DNA of 37,208 nt, taken from assembly GCA_046744115.1 (NCBI GenBank), contig JBKOXW010000052.1:1-37208 (forward strand), in the 5' to 3' direction. Position 1 is the stretch's first letter. Each line of letters begins with the position of its first letter. Made by a program: the position numbers and the translations under genes. Of the stretch, positions 1 through 9,392 are shown piece by piece. The notes beneath the pieces are model-generated. The model did not search any database, was not told the DNA's origin, and saw only the letters and a list, made by a program, of their open reading frames with translations. The DNA is from Actinomycetota bacterium (lineage in GTDB: Bacteria; Actinomycetota; Actinomycetes; Mycobacteriales; CADCTP01).

Positions 1-3
1 CAG

Positions 4-897
4 GTGGCGCCCGAGGTGGCCGCGGCGCTGTCGGCCGGGCGGGCGGTGGTCGCCCTGGAGAGCACCCTGCTCGCGCACGGCCTCCCCCGCCCGGACGGGC
101 TGGCGGTGGGGCTGCAGGTGGAGCAGGCCGTGCGGGACGCGGGCGCGGTGCCGGCCACGGTGGCCGTCGTGGGTGGTCGGGTCCGGGTCGGCCTGGACGA
201 GCACGACCTGCGCCGGGTGGCGCTCGGCGACGACGTCGCCAAGCTCTCGGTGCGCGACCTCCCGGTCGCCGTGGCGCGCGGTCGGGACGGCGCGACGACC
301 GTCGCGGCGACCGCCGCCATCGCCTCGCGGGCGGGCGTCGCCGTGTTCGCCACCGGCGGTCTCGGCGGCGTGCACCCGCAGGCCGCGGACAGCTTCGACG
401 AGTCGGCCGACCTGGCCACGCTCGCCGGTACGCCGGTCGCGGTGGTCTGCTCGGGGGTGAAGTCCATCCTCGACGTCGCCGCGACGCTGGAACGGCTGGA
501 GAGCCTGTCGGTGACCGTGCTGCGGTACGGCTGCGACCGCTTCCCCGGCTTCTACCTCACCGACTCGGGTCTCTCAGCCGGGTGGCGGGTCGACTCTCCG
601 GAGGAGGTGGCGGCGGTGGTCGCGGCGCGGGCCGCGCTCGACCTGCCCGCCGCGGTTGTCGTCGGCAACCCGATCCCGCCGGCACACCAGCTCGACCCCG
701 CGCTGCACGACCTCGTGCTGCACCGCGCGCTGGCCGACGCCGCCCGCGCCGGCATCGCCGGGCCGGCGCTCACCCCGTTCCTGCTCGACCGGTTCCACAC
801 CGAGACCGGCGGCCGGAGCCTCGAGGTCAACGTACGGCTGGTGCTGGCGAACGCCCGGCTCGCGGGTCAGATCGCCGCAGCGATGACACCGCGCTGA
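4..897 (+). CDS. psuG: Pseudouridine-5'-phosphate glycosidase (PsuG/IndA family); true start may lie just upstream of the window
   Basis: Family motifs VVALEST..HG, GATTVAAT, FATGGLGGVH, DESADL, GVKSILD, TPFLL. Confidence 0.92.
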   Translation: MAPEVAAALSAGRAVVALESTLLAHGLPRPDGLAVGLQVEQAVRDAGAVPATVAVVGGRVRVGLDEHDLRRVALGDDVAKLSVRDLPVAVARGRDGATTVAATAAIASRAGVAVFATGGLGGVHPQAADSFDESADLATLAGTPVAVVCSGVKSILDVAATLERLESLSVTVLRYGCDRFPGFYLTDSGLSAGWRVDSPEEVAAVVAARAALDLPAAVVVGNPIPPAHQLDPALHDLVLHRALADAARAGIAGPALTPFLLDRFHTETGGRSLEVNVRLVLANARLAGQIAAAMTPR

Positions 898-1088
898 AGC
901 CCACGTGCAAACGGGCGCAAATACCGCCCGATCGGGGGATCATCACGGCGATGAGAACACGATCGGCCTCTAGACAGTCACGCCCTGCGCTCGGCAGGCT
1001 CCTGCAGCGTGATTGCCCACCATGTTGCTGAGCACCTGTGCCGTCCGTGCATTGTGGCCGGGCCCTTGCCGCTCACCGCGAGGTCGAG

Positions 1089-1466
1089 GTGAACGGCCCG
1101 CCGTCCGCCCGGCTGTCCGCTGACCGGCTGGCCGACCTCGAGCTCGTGGATCTGTCCGGCGCGCGACTGTGGCCGGTCGAGGACGGGGTGACGGTCTGCG
1201 TTGACGGGAGCGGCATCGCCGACCCTGACGACGGAAGCCCGCTGCCCGCGGTCGTCGTCACCCTGGCCCCGTACGCCGCCCGCCATCTGGCCCGGCTCCT
1301 CGACGACTGGACCACGCTGGCGGCGCTGCTGGAGTCGGCGCGCGGCGCCGACGAGCGGGAGCTGGCGCGCGCGCTGCACGAGGCCGCCCGGGCCGCGGAG
1401 ACGCTGCGCGCCGGGAATGCCGGCGGCACCGCCGGCGGCAGGGGACCCGGTACCCAGCGCGGCTGA
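1089..1466 (+). CDS. Hypothetical protein (~125 aa)
   Basis: Genome-like codon use in ORF 1038..1466. GTG at 1089 is preceded by GAGG. No recognised motif. Confidence 0.55.
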   Translation: MNGPPSARLSADRLADLELVDLSGARLWPVEDGVTVCVDGSGIADPDDGSPLPAVVVTLAPYAARHLARLLDDWTTLAALLESARGADERELARALHEAARAAETLRAGNAGGTAGGRGPGTQRG

Positions 1467-1472
1467 TCGTCG

Positions 1473-1766
1473 TCAGCCCCGGGCCGCGGCTCGCACGCGC
1501 CAGGCCGCGTCGGGGGAGGGCTCGAACTCGTCGAGGTCGGTGAACAGATCGGAGAGGCTTACACCGAGCGCATCGGCGAGTCGGAAGACGCGGTCCAGCG
1601 ACGGCGAGTAGGCCGCGTTCTCCACGCGGTTGATCGACTGGCGGTCGCAGCCCGCGCGCTCGGCGAGTCGCTCCTGCGACAGGCCGAGCGCCTTCCGCCG
1701 AGTGCGCACCGCCTTGCCGAAGGCGAGGCGGCGGACCTGGACTGACGGAATCGGAGAGGCCGGCAC
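1473..1766 (-). CDS. XRE-family helix-turn-helix transcriptional regulator (start GTG 1766 or 1784)
   Basis: FGKAVRTRRKALGLSQERLAERAGCDRQSINRVENAAYSPSLDRVFRLADALGV is a canonical HTH_3 pattern. Confidence 0.88.
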   Translation of the reverse strand: MPASPIPSVQVRRLAFGKAVRTRRKALGLSQERLAERAGCDRQSINRVENAAYSPSLDRVFRLADALGVSLSDLFTDLDEFEPSPDAAWRVRAAARG

Positions 1767-1980
1767 GCGACCGAGTCTCTTCACTGCGACCTGCCCGGTC
1801 TGTATCGCGGTTGCTATAGTCCCCCGTTGATGGCTCAATGTTGACATAACACCGGACGAAACACCAGTGGGACGCCCCGCCGGCGCAGCGCGGCGCGAGC
1901 AGGGCAAACCCGCCGACCGGACCGCACACCTGTCGGTTCTCTGTGGCACTCCGGTGATCGGCCCAACGGAGAGGATCTGA

Positions 1981-3159
1981 ATGGCTGGGCATCGCAAGGC
2001 AATCGGGCTCGTGGCCGTCGCCGCGCTGGCGGCCGCCGCCGGACTCGGCGGCTGTGGTGGATCGGACGAGCCGTCCGGCTCGTCGCCGAGCGCCGCGGCG
2101 GGGCAGCGCGCGGCGACGGCGCTCGCCGGAGTGTGCCCGGAGACGATCGTGGTGCAGACAAACTGGTGGCCGCAGGCCGAGTACGGCGCCCTTTACCGCC
2201 TACTCGGCCCGCAGCCGCAGATCGACAGCAAGCGCAAGCGGGTCAGCGGCGCGCTGGTGGCCGCCGGCGCCGACACCGGGGTGAAGCTCGAGATCCGGGC
2301 CGGCGGGCCGGCGATCGGCTTTGTCCCGTCCGCGAAGATGCTCTACACCGACCCGGCGATCACCCTTGGCGGAGTGGACATCGACCAGGCCGCGCAGGTC
2401 GCCGCCGAGCAACCCGTGCAGGCCGTGTTCGCGCCGCTGGACCTGTCCCCGTTGGTGATCATGTGGGACCCGGAGCGGCACCCGGACTGGAACACGATCT
2501 CCGACATCGGGCAGACCAGCGCGCCGGTGCTCTACTACCAGGGCTCGACGTACATGGACTACCTGGTGGGCTCCGGCATCCTGCGCAAGTCCCAGGTGGA
2601 CGCCTCCTACGACGGCACGCCCGCGCGGTTCGTCGCCGAGGCCGGCGCGGTCGCCCAGCAGGGCTACCTCACCAACGAGGTCTACCAGTACGAGCACGAG
2701 CTTGCGCAGTGGAAGCGGAAGATCGGCTGGACGCTGGTGGCCGACTCCGGCTACCCGGTCTACCCGGAGACGCTCGCCATCCGGCCGGACCGCAAGGCCG
2801 AGCTGAGGCTCTGCCTGGACAGGCTGGTGCCGATCCTGCAGCGGTCCACAGTGGACTACCTCGATGACCCGGCGGCCACCAACGCGCTGCTGGTGAAGCT
2901 GGTCGACGAGTTCGGCGCGTTCCCGTACTCGGCGGACCGGGCCGCGCACGCCGTCATCGCAATGCGCGACCAGGGCATCATCGGCAACGGCGGGAACACG
3001 ACCGTCGGCGACTTCGACGCGCGCCGGGTGCAACGGATCATCGAGATCGTGCGCCCGATCTTCGCCGGCCAGCGCCGCCCGCTGCCCGCCGATCTGTCCC
3101 CGACCGACCTGTTCACGAGCGAGTTTGTGGATCCGGCCATCGGCGTCAAGAGCAAGTGA
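1981..3159 (+). CDS. ABC transporter substrate-binding lipoprotein (NitT/TauT-, THI5-like)
   Basis: Signal peptide with lipobox LGGC; TNWWPQAEYG, IRAGGPA and QGYLTNE motifs; GGAGAGG RBS. Confidence 0.75.
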   Translation: MAGHRKAIGLVAVAALAAAAGLGGCGGSDEPSGSSPSAAAGQRAATALAGVCPETIVVQTNWWPQAEYGALYRLLGPQPQIDSKRKRVSGALVAAGADTGVKLEIRAGGPAIGFVPSAKMLYTDPAITLGGVDIDQAAQVAAEQPVQAVFAPLDLSPLVIMWDPERHPDWNTISDIGQTSAPVLYYQGSTYMDYLVGSGILRKSQVDASYDGTPARFVAEAGAVAQQGYLTNEVYQYEHELAQWKRKIGWTLVADSGYPVYPETLAIRPDRKAELRLCLDRLVPILQRSTVDYLDDPAATNALLVKLVDEFGAFPYSADRAAHAVIAMRDQGIIGNGGNTTVGDFDARRVQRIIEIVRPIFAGQRRPLPADLSPTDLFTSEFVDPAIGVKSK

Positions 3160-3171
3160 CGTGCCGTTGCC

Positions 3172-3876
3172 ATGACCGCAGTGCCGCTGTTCGACCCGAT
3201 CGCCGAGCTGTACGAGCGGTACGCCGAGATCACCGACGACATCCTCCGACCGTGGTTGGCGCGGGCGCTGCCCACCGGCGGCGCCCGCGGCGTCGACCTC
3301 GGCTGCGGCTCCGGCCGGTTCACGCCGCTGCTCGCCGACCGCTGCGGGGAGGTGCTCGCGGTCGACATCTCCGGCCGCGAGCTCGCCCTCGCGGCCGCCA
3401 AGCGCGGCCGGCCCAGCATCAGCTACCAGCGGCGCAGCCTGCTCGACGTCACGCCGGACCGGGACGGGCGGTTCGACGTGGTGCTCTCGGTGAACGCGCT
3501 GTTCCACGTCTACGCCGAGCGGGACGCGGTCGGCGTGCTCCGGCACGTGCGCTCGCTCCTCGCGCCGGCCGGCGTCGCGGTGCTCGTCGACGTCGTCTCC
3601 CCCGGGCCGCGCTCCCTGCTGCATCAGCGCTGGTGGGGCGTCCAGGACGGGCTGCGTACGCTCGCCCGGCGCCGCTCCGTGCCCGACGCGTGGACCGTTC
3701 TGCGGCTGCGCCAGCACCGCACCTGGATGCGGCACGCCCGCACCAATCACCCGCTCACCCGGTCGGAGTTCCACCGCCACCACGGCGAGGTCTTCCCGGG
3801 CGCGGCGTTCACTGACGACCTCGACCCGTTCATCTGCGCGCTGCGCTGGCAGGCGGGCGGGTCTATCCCTCGATGA
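3172..3876 (+). CDS. Class I SAM-dependent methyltransferase
   Basis: VDLGCGSG motif I, AVDIS, FDVVLS. Confidence 0.88.
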   Translation: MTAVPLFDPIAELYERYAEITDDILRPWLARALPTGGARGVDLGCGSGRFTPLLADRCGEVLAVDISGRELALAAAKRGRPSISYQRRSLLDVTPDRDGRFDVVLSVNALFHVYAERDAVGVLRHVRSLLAPAGVAVLVDVVSPGPRSLLHQRWWGVQDGLRTLARRRSVPDAWTVLRLRQHRTWMRHARTNHPLTRSEFHRHHGEVFPGAAFTDDLDPFICALRWQAGGSIPR

Positions 3877-4192
3877 CGCGGGAGTGCTCCGGCGCCGCCT
3901 CGATCGCCCGCTCCGGCGCCGGGTGGCCGCGGAACCGGCGCATCCGCCAGGTGGTCCTCGGCGGCCGGTCGTTCGCGATCAGCACCGCCATCCACGGCAG
4001 GGCCACCGCGGCGATGACGAAGGCGGCCATCGCGACCGGCACCTGGTAGAAGACCGCGGCCAGGACGAGGCAGCCGGCCCGGATGCCCATCATCACGAGG
4101 TACTTGCGGCGGCGGGAGCGCAGCTGGTCGTCGAGGCTCGGCTCGGCCTCGGTGATGAGGACCGGGTCGGGGCGGTGCTGCTTCGGCGTCAC
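3863..4192 (-). CDS. DUF3099 family membrane protein
   Basis: LITEA..S...RRRKY..MM.IR..C ... AVALPWMAVLIAND; GTG 4192 follows GGAG. Confidence 0.85.
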   Translation of the reverse strand: MTPKQHRPDPVLITEAEPSLDDQLRSRRRKYLVMMGIRAGCLVLAAVFYQVPVAMAAFVIAAVALPWMAVLIANDRPPRTTWRMRRFRGHPAPERAIEAAPEHSRVIEG

Positions 4193-4290
4193 GGTGTCTC
4201 CCACCTGCACGGGTCTCCCACCCGCACGGGTCACCCCATCCTCGCACCGGCCGGGGCGGGGCGCACCTGCCTGAGTGGGGTGCGCCCGCC

Positions 4291-4860
4291 TCAACCGCTC
4301 TTCGCGGCCGCCTTCAGCTGCTTCTTGTACTCGCGGACCCGCTGCAGCGACTCATCGTCGACGATGTCCGCGACCGACCGGTAGGAGCCGGGCTCGCCGT
4401 ACGAGCCCGCTGCTTCCTGCCAGCCGGGCGGGGTGACGCCGCGCTGCTTGCCGAGCAGCGCGACGAAGATGCGCGCCTTCTGGTCGCCGAAGCCGGGCAG
4501 CCCGGTCAGCCGCCGGCGCAGCTGCTCGCCGTCGGCGGCGTCCCGCCACACCGCGGCGGCGTCCCCGTCGTACCGGTCGACGATCACCCGGCAGAGCTCC
4601 TGCACGCGCTTGGCCATCGACTTCGGGTACCGGTGCAGCGCCGGCGGCCGGGCGAACAGCGCCGCGAGCGCGTCCGGGTCGTAGTCGGCCAGTTCCCGCG
4701 CGGACAGTTCGTGGCCCAGCCGCCTGGTCAGCTCGTACGGGCCGGTGAACGCCCACTCCAGCGGGATCTGCTGGTCCAGCAGCATGCCCATGAGCAGGGC
4801 GAGCGGATCGCGGTCGAGCAGCGCGTCGGCCGAGGGCTGCTGGCTGAGAACGAGACCCAT
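4291..4860 (-). CDS. Actinobacterial HhH-GPD-type base-excision-repair family protein
   Basis: ADALL..DPLALL.GMLLDQQ.P.EWAF.GP; HhH motif LPGFGDQKARIF; SVADIVD. Leaderless-type TAGCCT-N7-ATG. Confidence 0.85.
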   Translation of the reverse strand: MGLVLSQQPSADALLDRDPLALLMGMLLDQQIPLEWAFTGPYELTRRLGHELSARELADYDPDALAALFARPPALHRYPKSMAKRVQELCRVIVDRYDGDAAAVWRDAADGEQLRRRLTGLPGFGDQKARIFVALLGKQRGVTPPGWQEAAGSYGEPGSYRSVADIVDDESLQRVREYKKQLKAAAKSG

Positions 4861-4919
4861 GACGCAGAGGCTATCGAGCGCCCGCGGCGGCTCCCAGCGC
4901 GTGCGGCAGGATGCCGGGC

Positions 4920-5342
4920 GTGCGGGCGGTGGTGCAGCGGGTGTCCTCGGCGAGCGTCACTGTCGACGGAGCCACGGTCGGCGGGATCGGACCGGGGCTG
5001 CTCGTGCTCGTCGGCGTGACCCACGACGACACCCCGGAGCGCGCGGCCGCGCTCGCCCGCAAGGTGCACGAGCTGCGCATCCTGGCCGGGGAGCGGTCGG
5101 CCAGCGAGACCGGTGCGCCGCTGCTGGTGGTGAGCCAGTTCACGCTGTACGCCGGCACGGGCAAGGGCCGCCGCCCGTCCTGGAGCGCGGCCGCGCCGGC
5201 CGCTGTGGCGGAGCCGCTCGTCGACGCGCTGGTGGCCGCCCTGCGCGAGCGCGGCGCGCATGTCGAGACCGGCGTCTTCGGCGCGCACATGCAGGTCGCG
5301 CTCGTCAACGACGGACCGGTCACGCTCATCCTCGAGGGCTAG
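4920..5342 (+). CDS. dtd: D-aminoacyl-tRNA deacylase
   Basis: [32 protein letters not shown]. Confidence 0.95.
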   Translation: MRAVVQRVSSASVTVDGATVGGIGPGLLVLVGVTHDDTPERAAALARKVHELRILAGERSASETGAPLLVVSQFTLYAGTGKGRRPSWSAAAPAAVAEPLVDALVAALRERGAHVETGVFGAHMQVALVNDGPVTLILEG

Positions 5343-5405
5343 CCGTGACCTGCCTCATCGTTACCGACCCGAAAGGTCGAATCGGGCATATGTGAACCAG
5401 GCACG

Positions 5406-5430
5406 GGAACACCACGTCGTCAGGAACGTT
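5406..5430 (+). promoter_or_regulatory. ECF (SigE/SigH/SigR-type) promoter GGAAC-N16-CGTT upstream of the sigB-like gene
   Basis: GGAAC at 5406-5410 and CGTT at 5427-5430. Mycobacterial sigB is known to use this promoter class. Confidence 0.7.
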
Positions 5431-5471
5431 GGAACAGGCGTACGACTCGCACCCGAGCTTGGGGACTCTCA

Positions 5472-6569
5472 GTGACTCTTCCTCGCACCAACTCTGCCAC
5501 GCCGCGCCGCCGCGCGTCGGTGGAGCCGCGCATCATGTCGCGGCCGCACCGGACGCAGCGTCCGACGGCGCCCGCGGACGCGGTCGAGCCCGACACGGCG
5601 GTCGACGAGACCGCCGAGCGCACCGATCTGCCTGACCTCGACGAGCAGAGCGCCGCGGTCTCGGCCGACCTGGTCCGCGTATACCTGAACGAGATCGGCA
5701 AGGTTCCCCTCCTCAACGCCGAGCAGGAGGTCGAGCTCGCCAAGCGCATCGAGGCGGGGCTCTACGCCGACCAGCTGCTGGCCGAGCGCGGAGGCAAGCT
5801 CGGCGCGGCGCGCCGGCGTGACCTGCGCGCGCTCGTGGTCGACGGTCAGCGGGCCAAGGAGCACCTGCTGCAGGCGAACCTGCGGCTGGTCGTCTCGCTC
5901 GCGAAGCGGTACACCGGGCACGGCCTGCCGTTCCTGGACCTGATCCAGGAGGGCAACCTGGGGCTGATCCGGGCGGTCGAGAAGTTCGACTACACCAAGG
6001 GGTTCAAGTTCTCGACGTACGCGACCTGGTGGATCCGGCAGGCGATCACTCGCGCGATGGCCGACCAGGGCCGGACCATCCGGCTCCCGGTGCACCTGGT
6101 CGAGCAGGTGAACAAGCTGGAGCGGACCCGCCGGCTGCTGCACCAGCAGTTCGGTCGGGACGCGACCGAGGAGGAGCTGGCCGCCGAGCTGGACCTGACC
6201 CCGGAGCGGGTCACCGAGCTGCTCGGGTACGCCCGCGACCTGGTCAGCCTGGACCAGGCGGTCGGCGACGACGAGGACGCGCAGCTGGGCGACTTCATCG
6301 AGGACTCCGACGCCCCGGTGGCCGAGGACGCGGTGAACTTCCGGTTCATGCGCGACCAGCTCGACGCCGTGCTCGGCACCCTCGAGGCGCGCGAGCGGCA
6401 GGTGCTGCGGATGCGGTACGGGCTCGACGACGGCCAGCCGCGGACCCTCGACGAGATCGGCAAGGCGTTCGGGCTCAGCCGCGAGCGGATCCGCCAGATC
6501 GAGCGCGACACGATGGCGAAGCTGCGCCACCCGTCCCGCTCGCAGGCGCTCCGCGACTACGTCGAGTAG
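5472..6569 (+). CDS. sigB: Sigma-70 family RNA polymerase sigma factor, SigB-like (group 2)
   Basis: [56 protein letters not shown] and a region 4 HTH. Short N-terminus; dtd and ideR context. Confidence 0.85.
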   Translation: MTLPRTNSATPRRRASVEPRIMSRPHRTQRPTAPADAVEPDTAVDETAERTDLPDLDEQSAAVSADLVRVYLNEIGKVPLLNAEQEVELAKRIEAGLYADQLLAERGGKLGAARRRDLRALVVDGQRAKEHLLQANLRLVVSLAKRYTGHGLPFLDLIQEGNLGLIRAVEKFDYTKGFKFSTYATWWIRQAITRAMADQGRTIRLPVHLVEQVNKLERTRRLLHQQFGRDATEEELAAELDLTPERVTELLGYARDLVSLDQAVGDDEDAQLGDFIEDSDAPVAEDAVNFRFMRDQLDAVLGTLEARERQVLRMRYGLDDGQPRTLDEIGKAFGLSRERIRQIERDTMAKLRHPSRSQALRDYVE

Positions 6570-6587
6570 CCGACCTGACCGGCCTGG

Positions 6588-6619
6588 CAAGGGCCCCGTC
6601 CTGGTGGACGGGGCCCTTG
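6588..6619. terminator. Perfect 14-bp hairpin, likely bidirectional terminator between convergent genes
   Basis: CAAGGGCCCCGTCC-tggt-GGACGGGGCCCTTG. Confidence 0.85.
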
Positions 6620-6658
6620 TCGTTCGCGTGTCGTTCGCGGTCGCGTCGCGGCGGCCGG

Positions 6659-9385
6659 TCAGCGGAGCCGACGCGGACCGGGATCCACCCGGGCGGTCGA
6701 CGGCCCGACGCGCACGACCGCGTCGAGCACGGCCAGCCCGCTCCGCCCGACGAGCACCGGGTTCAGCTCCAGGCCGAGCACCTCGGGCCGGTCCTCAGCG
6801 AGCCGGGACAACCGCTGCACGAGGACCTCCAGCGCGGCGACGTCGACCGGGTCGGCGCCGCGCCAGCCGGACAGCAGCGGCGCCGCCCGGGGCGAGCGGA
6901 CCAGCTCGGCGGCGTCGATGTCGGTGACCGGGACCGCCGCGTACGCCCAGTCGCCGAGCAGGTCGGTCGCCGCGCCCGCGAGGCCGAACGAGACCAGCGC
7001 CCCGAACGACGGATCGTCGGCCACGCCGACCACGCAGGCCACTCCGCGCGGCGCCATCGCCTGCACCACCACCGAGTCTCCGGCCGGCACCTCCTCCTCC
7101 GTCGCGCCGGGCCTCGGCTGCCCGGACTGCGCGGACAGCGCGGACAACGCCGCCCAGGCGGCCCGCACGTCCTGTTCGTCGGCCAGTTCGAGACGCACCG
7201 CGCCGAGGTCCTGGCGGTGCCGCAGCGCCGGCGCGGCCGCCTTCAGGGCCACCGGATATCCCAGCGTCGCTGCGGCGTCGACCGCCTCGTCCGCGTCGCG
7301 CGCCAGCCGGCGGGGCCACACGGTGACGCCGTACGCGCCGAGCAGGCGCGTCGCCTCGTCGGCTGTCAACGCCTGCGCGACGGGCGCGTCCGGGCCGAGC
7401 GCGGTCTCGACCACCGCGCGGGCGGCGTCGCGGTCGACGTCCGCGAACTCGGTCACGGTTCCGGGCGGGCGGCGGCGCCATTCGGCGTATCGCGCGACGC
7501 TGGCCAGCGCTCGCACGGCACGCTCGGGTGTCGGGTAGGACGGCACCGAGCCGCGCTCGACCATGCCGCCCGGCCCGACCCGGCGAAGAGGCTCCGGCAC
7601 GCCCTCGGAGCCGAGGAACGTCGAGACCACCGGCTTGCCGGCCGTGGCGGCGGCGTCGGCCAGCGCCTGCGCGTACTCCACGCCGACCGTCGCCAGCGGC
7701 GGCACGAAGACCGCCACGACGGCGTCCGCGGCCGGGTCCGCCGTCGCCGCGCGCACCGCTCCGGCGAAGTCGGCGACGCTGCCGTGCGGGCCGATGTCCG
7801 CCCGCCCGTCGCCGACCGGCACCAGCCCGGCCCCCAGGCAGGCGTCCTCGACCAGTACACCGAGCGCCGACGAGTTCGTCACCGCAGCAACCCGCCGCCC
7901 GCCGGGCAGCGGCTGGTACGCCAGCACCTGCGCGACGTCGAACAGCTCCGCGAGCGTGTCGACCCGGATCACCCCGGAGGCCCCGAACAGCGCCGCGACG
8001 CTCTGCTCGGGCAGCGGCACGGCACGGTCCGCCAGGCCGGGGGCGGGCGCGGTGTGCCGGCCGGTCTTCACCGCCACGATCGGCTTGCGCCGGGCCAGCC
8101 GCCGGGCCAGCCTGGCGAACTTGCGCGGGTTGCCGAAGCTCTCCAGGTAGAGCAGGACGACCTCGGTCGCGGTGTCGGTCTCCCAGTACTGCAGCAGATC
8201 GTTCCCGCTGACATCGGCTCGGTTCCCTGCGGAGACAAAGGTAGACAGGCCGAGCCCCCGCCGAGCCGCCGTCTCCAGGATCGCCACGCCGAGGGCACCG
8301 GACTGGCAGAAGAAGCCGACCCGGCCGGGCTGGTGCGACAGCGGCGCCAGCGTGGCGTTGAGCCGGAGCTCGGGGTCGGTGTTGACGATGCCGAGGCAGT
8401 TCGGCCCGACCACGCGCATGCCGTGTGCGCGGGCCGAGGCCACCAGCGCCCGCTCGGCCTCCCGGCCGGCGACGCCGCCCGCGCCGTCCCGCTCGCCGAA
8501 GCCGTCGGACAGCACGACGAGCCCCCGGACGTTCCTGCCGGCGCACTGCTCGACGACGCCGGCCACCGCGGCGGCGGGCACCACGACCACTGCGAGGTCG
8601 ACGTCGTCCGGCACGTCGAGCACGGTCGGGTACGCGCGCACCCCGCCGACGTGCCGGGCGCGCGGGTTGACCGGGTAGACCGGGCCGGCGAACCCGTACC
8701 GGAGCAGGTTCGCGAACACGGCGTGACCCACCGTGTCGGGGTCGGTACTGGCCCCGATGACTGCGACCGAGGCCGGCGTGAGCAGCCGCTGGATGGACCG
8801 GGCCTCGGCGCGTTGCTCGCGCTCGTACGCGACCGCGACCGATGTCTCGGTGGGCTCGATCGGAAACGTCAGCCGCACCACGCCGTCGGCCAGCGTGCGG
8901 TCGGTCTGGTAGCCGGCGTCCAGGAAGACGCGGATCATCCGCGAGTTCTCGGCGAGCACGTCGGCGACGAATCGCCGGATCCCGCGCTCCCGGGCCGCGG
9001 CGGCGAGGTGCTCGAGCAGCACGGTGCCGATGCCGCGGCCCTGGTGCGCGTCCTCCACCACGAACGCGACCTCGGCCTCGTCGCCGGTGCCGACCCGCTC
9101 GTACCGGCCGACCGCGATGATCTCCCCGCCGAGCTCGGCCACCAGCGCGACCCGGTCGACGTGGTCGACATGGGTGAGGCGGTGCAGGTCGCGGTCGGGG
9201 ATCGCCGGGTACGCGCCGAAGAAGCGCAGGTACCGGGTCCGGTCGCTGAGTCGCGCGTGCAGCCTGCGGAGGCGATCCCCGTCGTCGGGGCGGATGGGCC
9301 GCAGGTGGAACGCGCCGCCGTCGGCCGCGACTCCGTCGGCCTCCCAGTGCGCAGGATATGCCGGCTCCGCGGCGGGCCCGTCCAT
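6659..9385 (-). CDS. N-terminal GNAT fused to an NDP-forming acyl-CoA synthetase-like domain (PatA-type protein lysine acetyltransferase)
   Basis: GNAT AEVAFVV...QGRGIG; SVAVIGAS, VVGPNCLG, QSGALG, SAGNRAD, YLESFGNP; ATP-grasp tail with LELNPV. Confidence 0.88.
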   Translation of the reverse strand: MDGPAAEPAYPAHWEADGVAADGGAFHLRPIRPDDGDRLRRLHARLSDRTRYLRFFGAYPAIPDRDLHRLTHVDHVDRVALVAELGGEIIAVGRYERVGTGDEAEVAFVVEDAHQGRGIGTVLLEHLAAAARERGIRRFVADVLAENSRMIRVFLDAGYQTDRTLADGVVRLTFPIEPTETSVAVAYEREQRAEARSIQRLLTPASVAVIGASTDPDTVGHAVFANLLRYGFAGPVYPVNPRARHVGGVRAYPTVLDVPDDVDLAVVVVPAAAVAGVVEQCAGRNVRGLVVLSDGFGERDGAGGVAGREAERALVASARAHGMRVVGPNCLGIVNTDPELRLNATLAPLSHQPGRVGFFCQSGALGVAILETAARRGLGLSTFVSAGNRADVSGNDLLQYWETDTATEVVLLYLESFGNPRKFARLARRLARRKPIVAVKTGRHTAPAPGLADRAVPLPEQSVAALFGASGVIRVDTLAELFDVAQVLAYQPLPGGRRVAAVTNSSALGVLVEDACLGAGLVPVGDGRADIGPHGSVADFAGAVRAATADPAADAVVAVFVPPLATVGVEYAQALADAAATAGKPVVSTFLGSEGVPEPLRRVGPGGMVERGSVPSYPTPERAVRALASVARYAEWRRRPPGTVTEFADVDRDAARAVVETALGPDAPVAQALTADEATRLLGAYGVTVWPRRLARDADEAVDAAATLGYPVALKAAAPALRHRQDLGAVRLELADEQDVRAAWAALSALSAQSGQPRPGATEEEVPAGDSVVVQAMAPRGVACVVGVADDPSFGALVSFGLAGAATDLLGDWAYAAVPVTDIDAAELVRSPRAAPLLSGWRGADPVDVAALEVLVQRLSRLAEDRPEVLGLELNPVLVGRSGLAVLDAVVRVGPSTARVDPGPRRLR

Positions 9386-9392
9386 GGCGGGC

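Noticed and set aside
1931-1952. TGTCGG-N10-CACTCC as a possible third PafBC-type promoter
   Set aside because: The -10 element lacks the conserved TA...T
1898-1960. GCAGGGCAAACC resembling the start of a c-di-GMP-I riboswitch upstream of the SBP
   Set aside because: The following GAAA-capped stem and GACGCAAA element are absent; an Infernal scan would be needed to revive it
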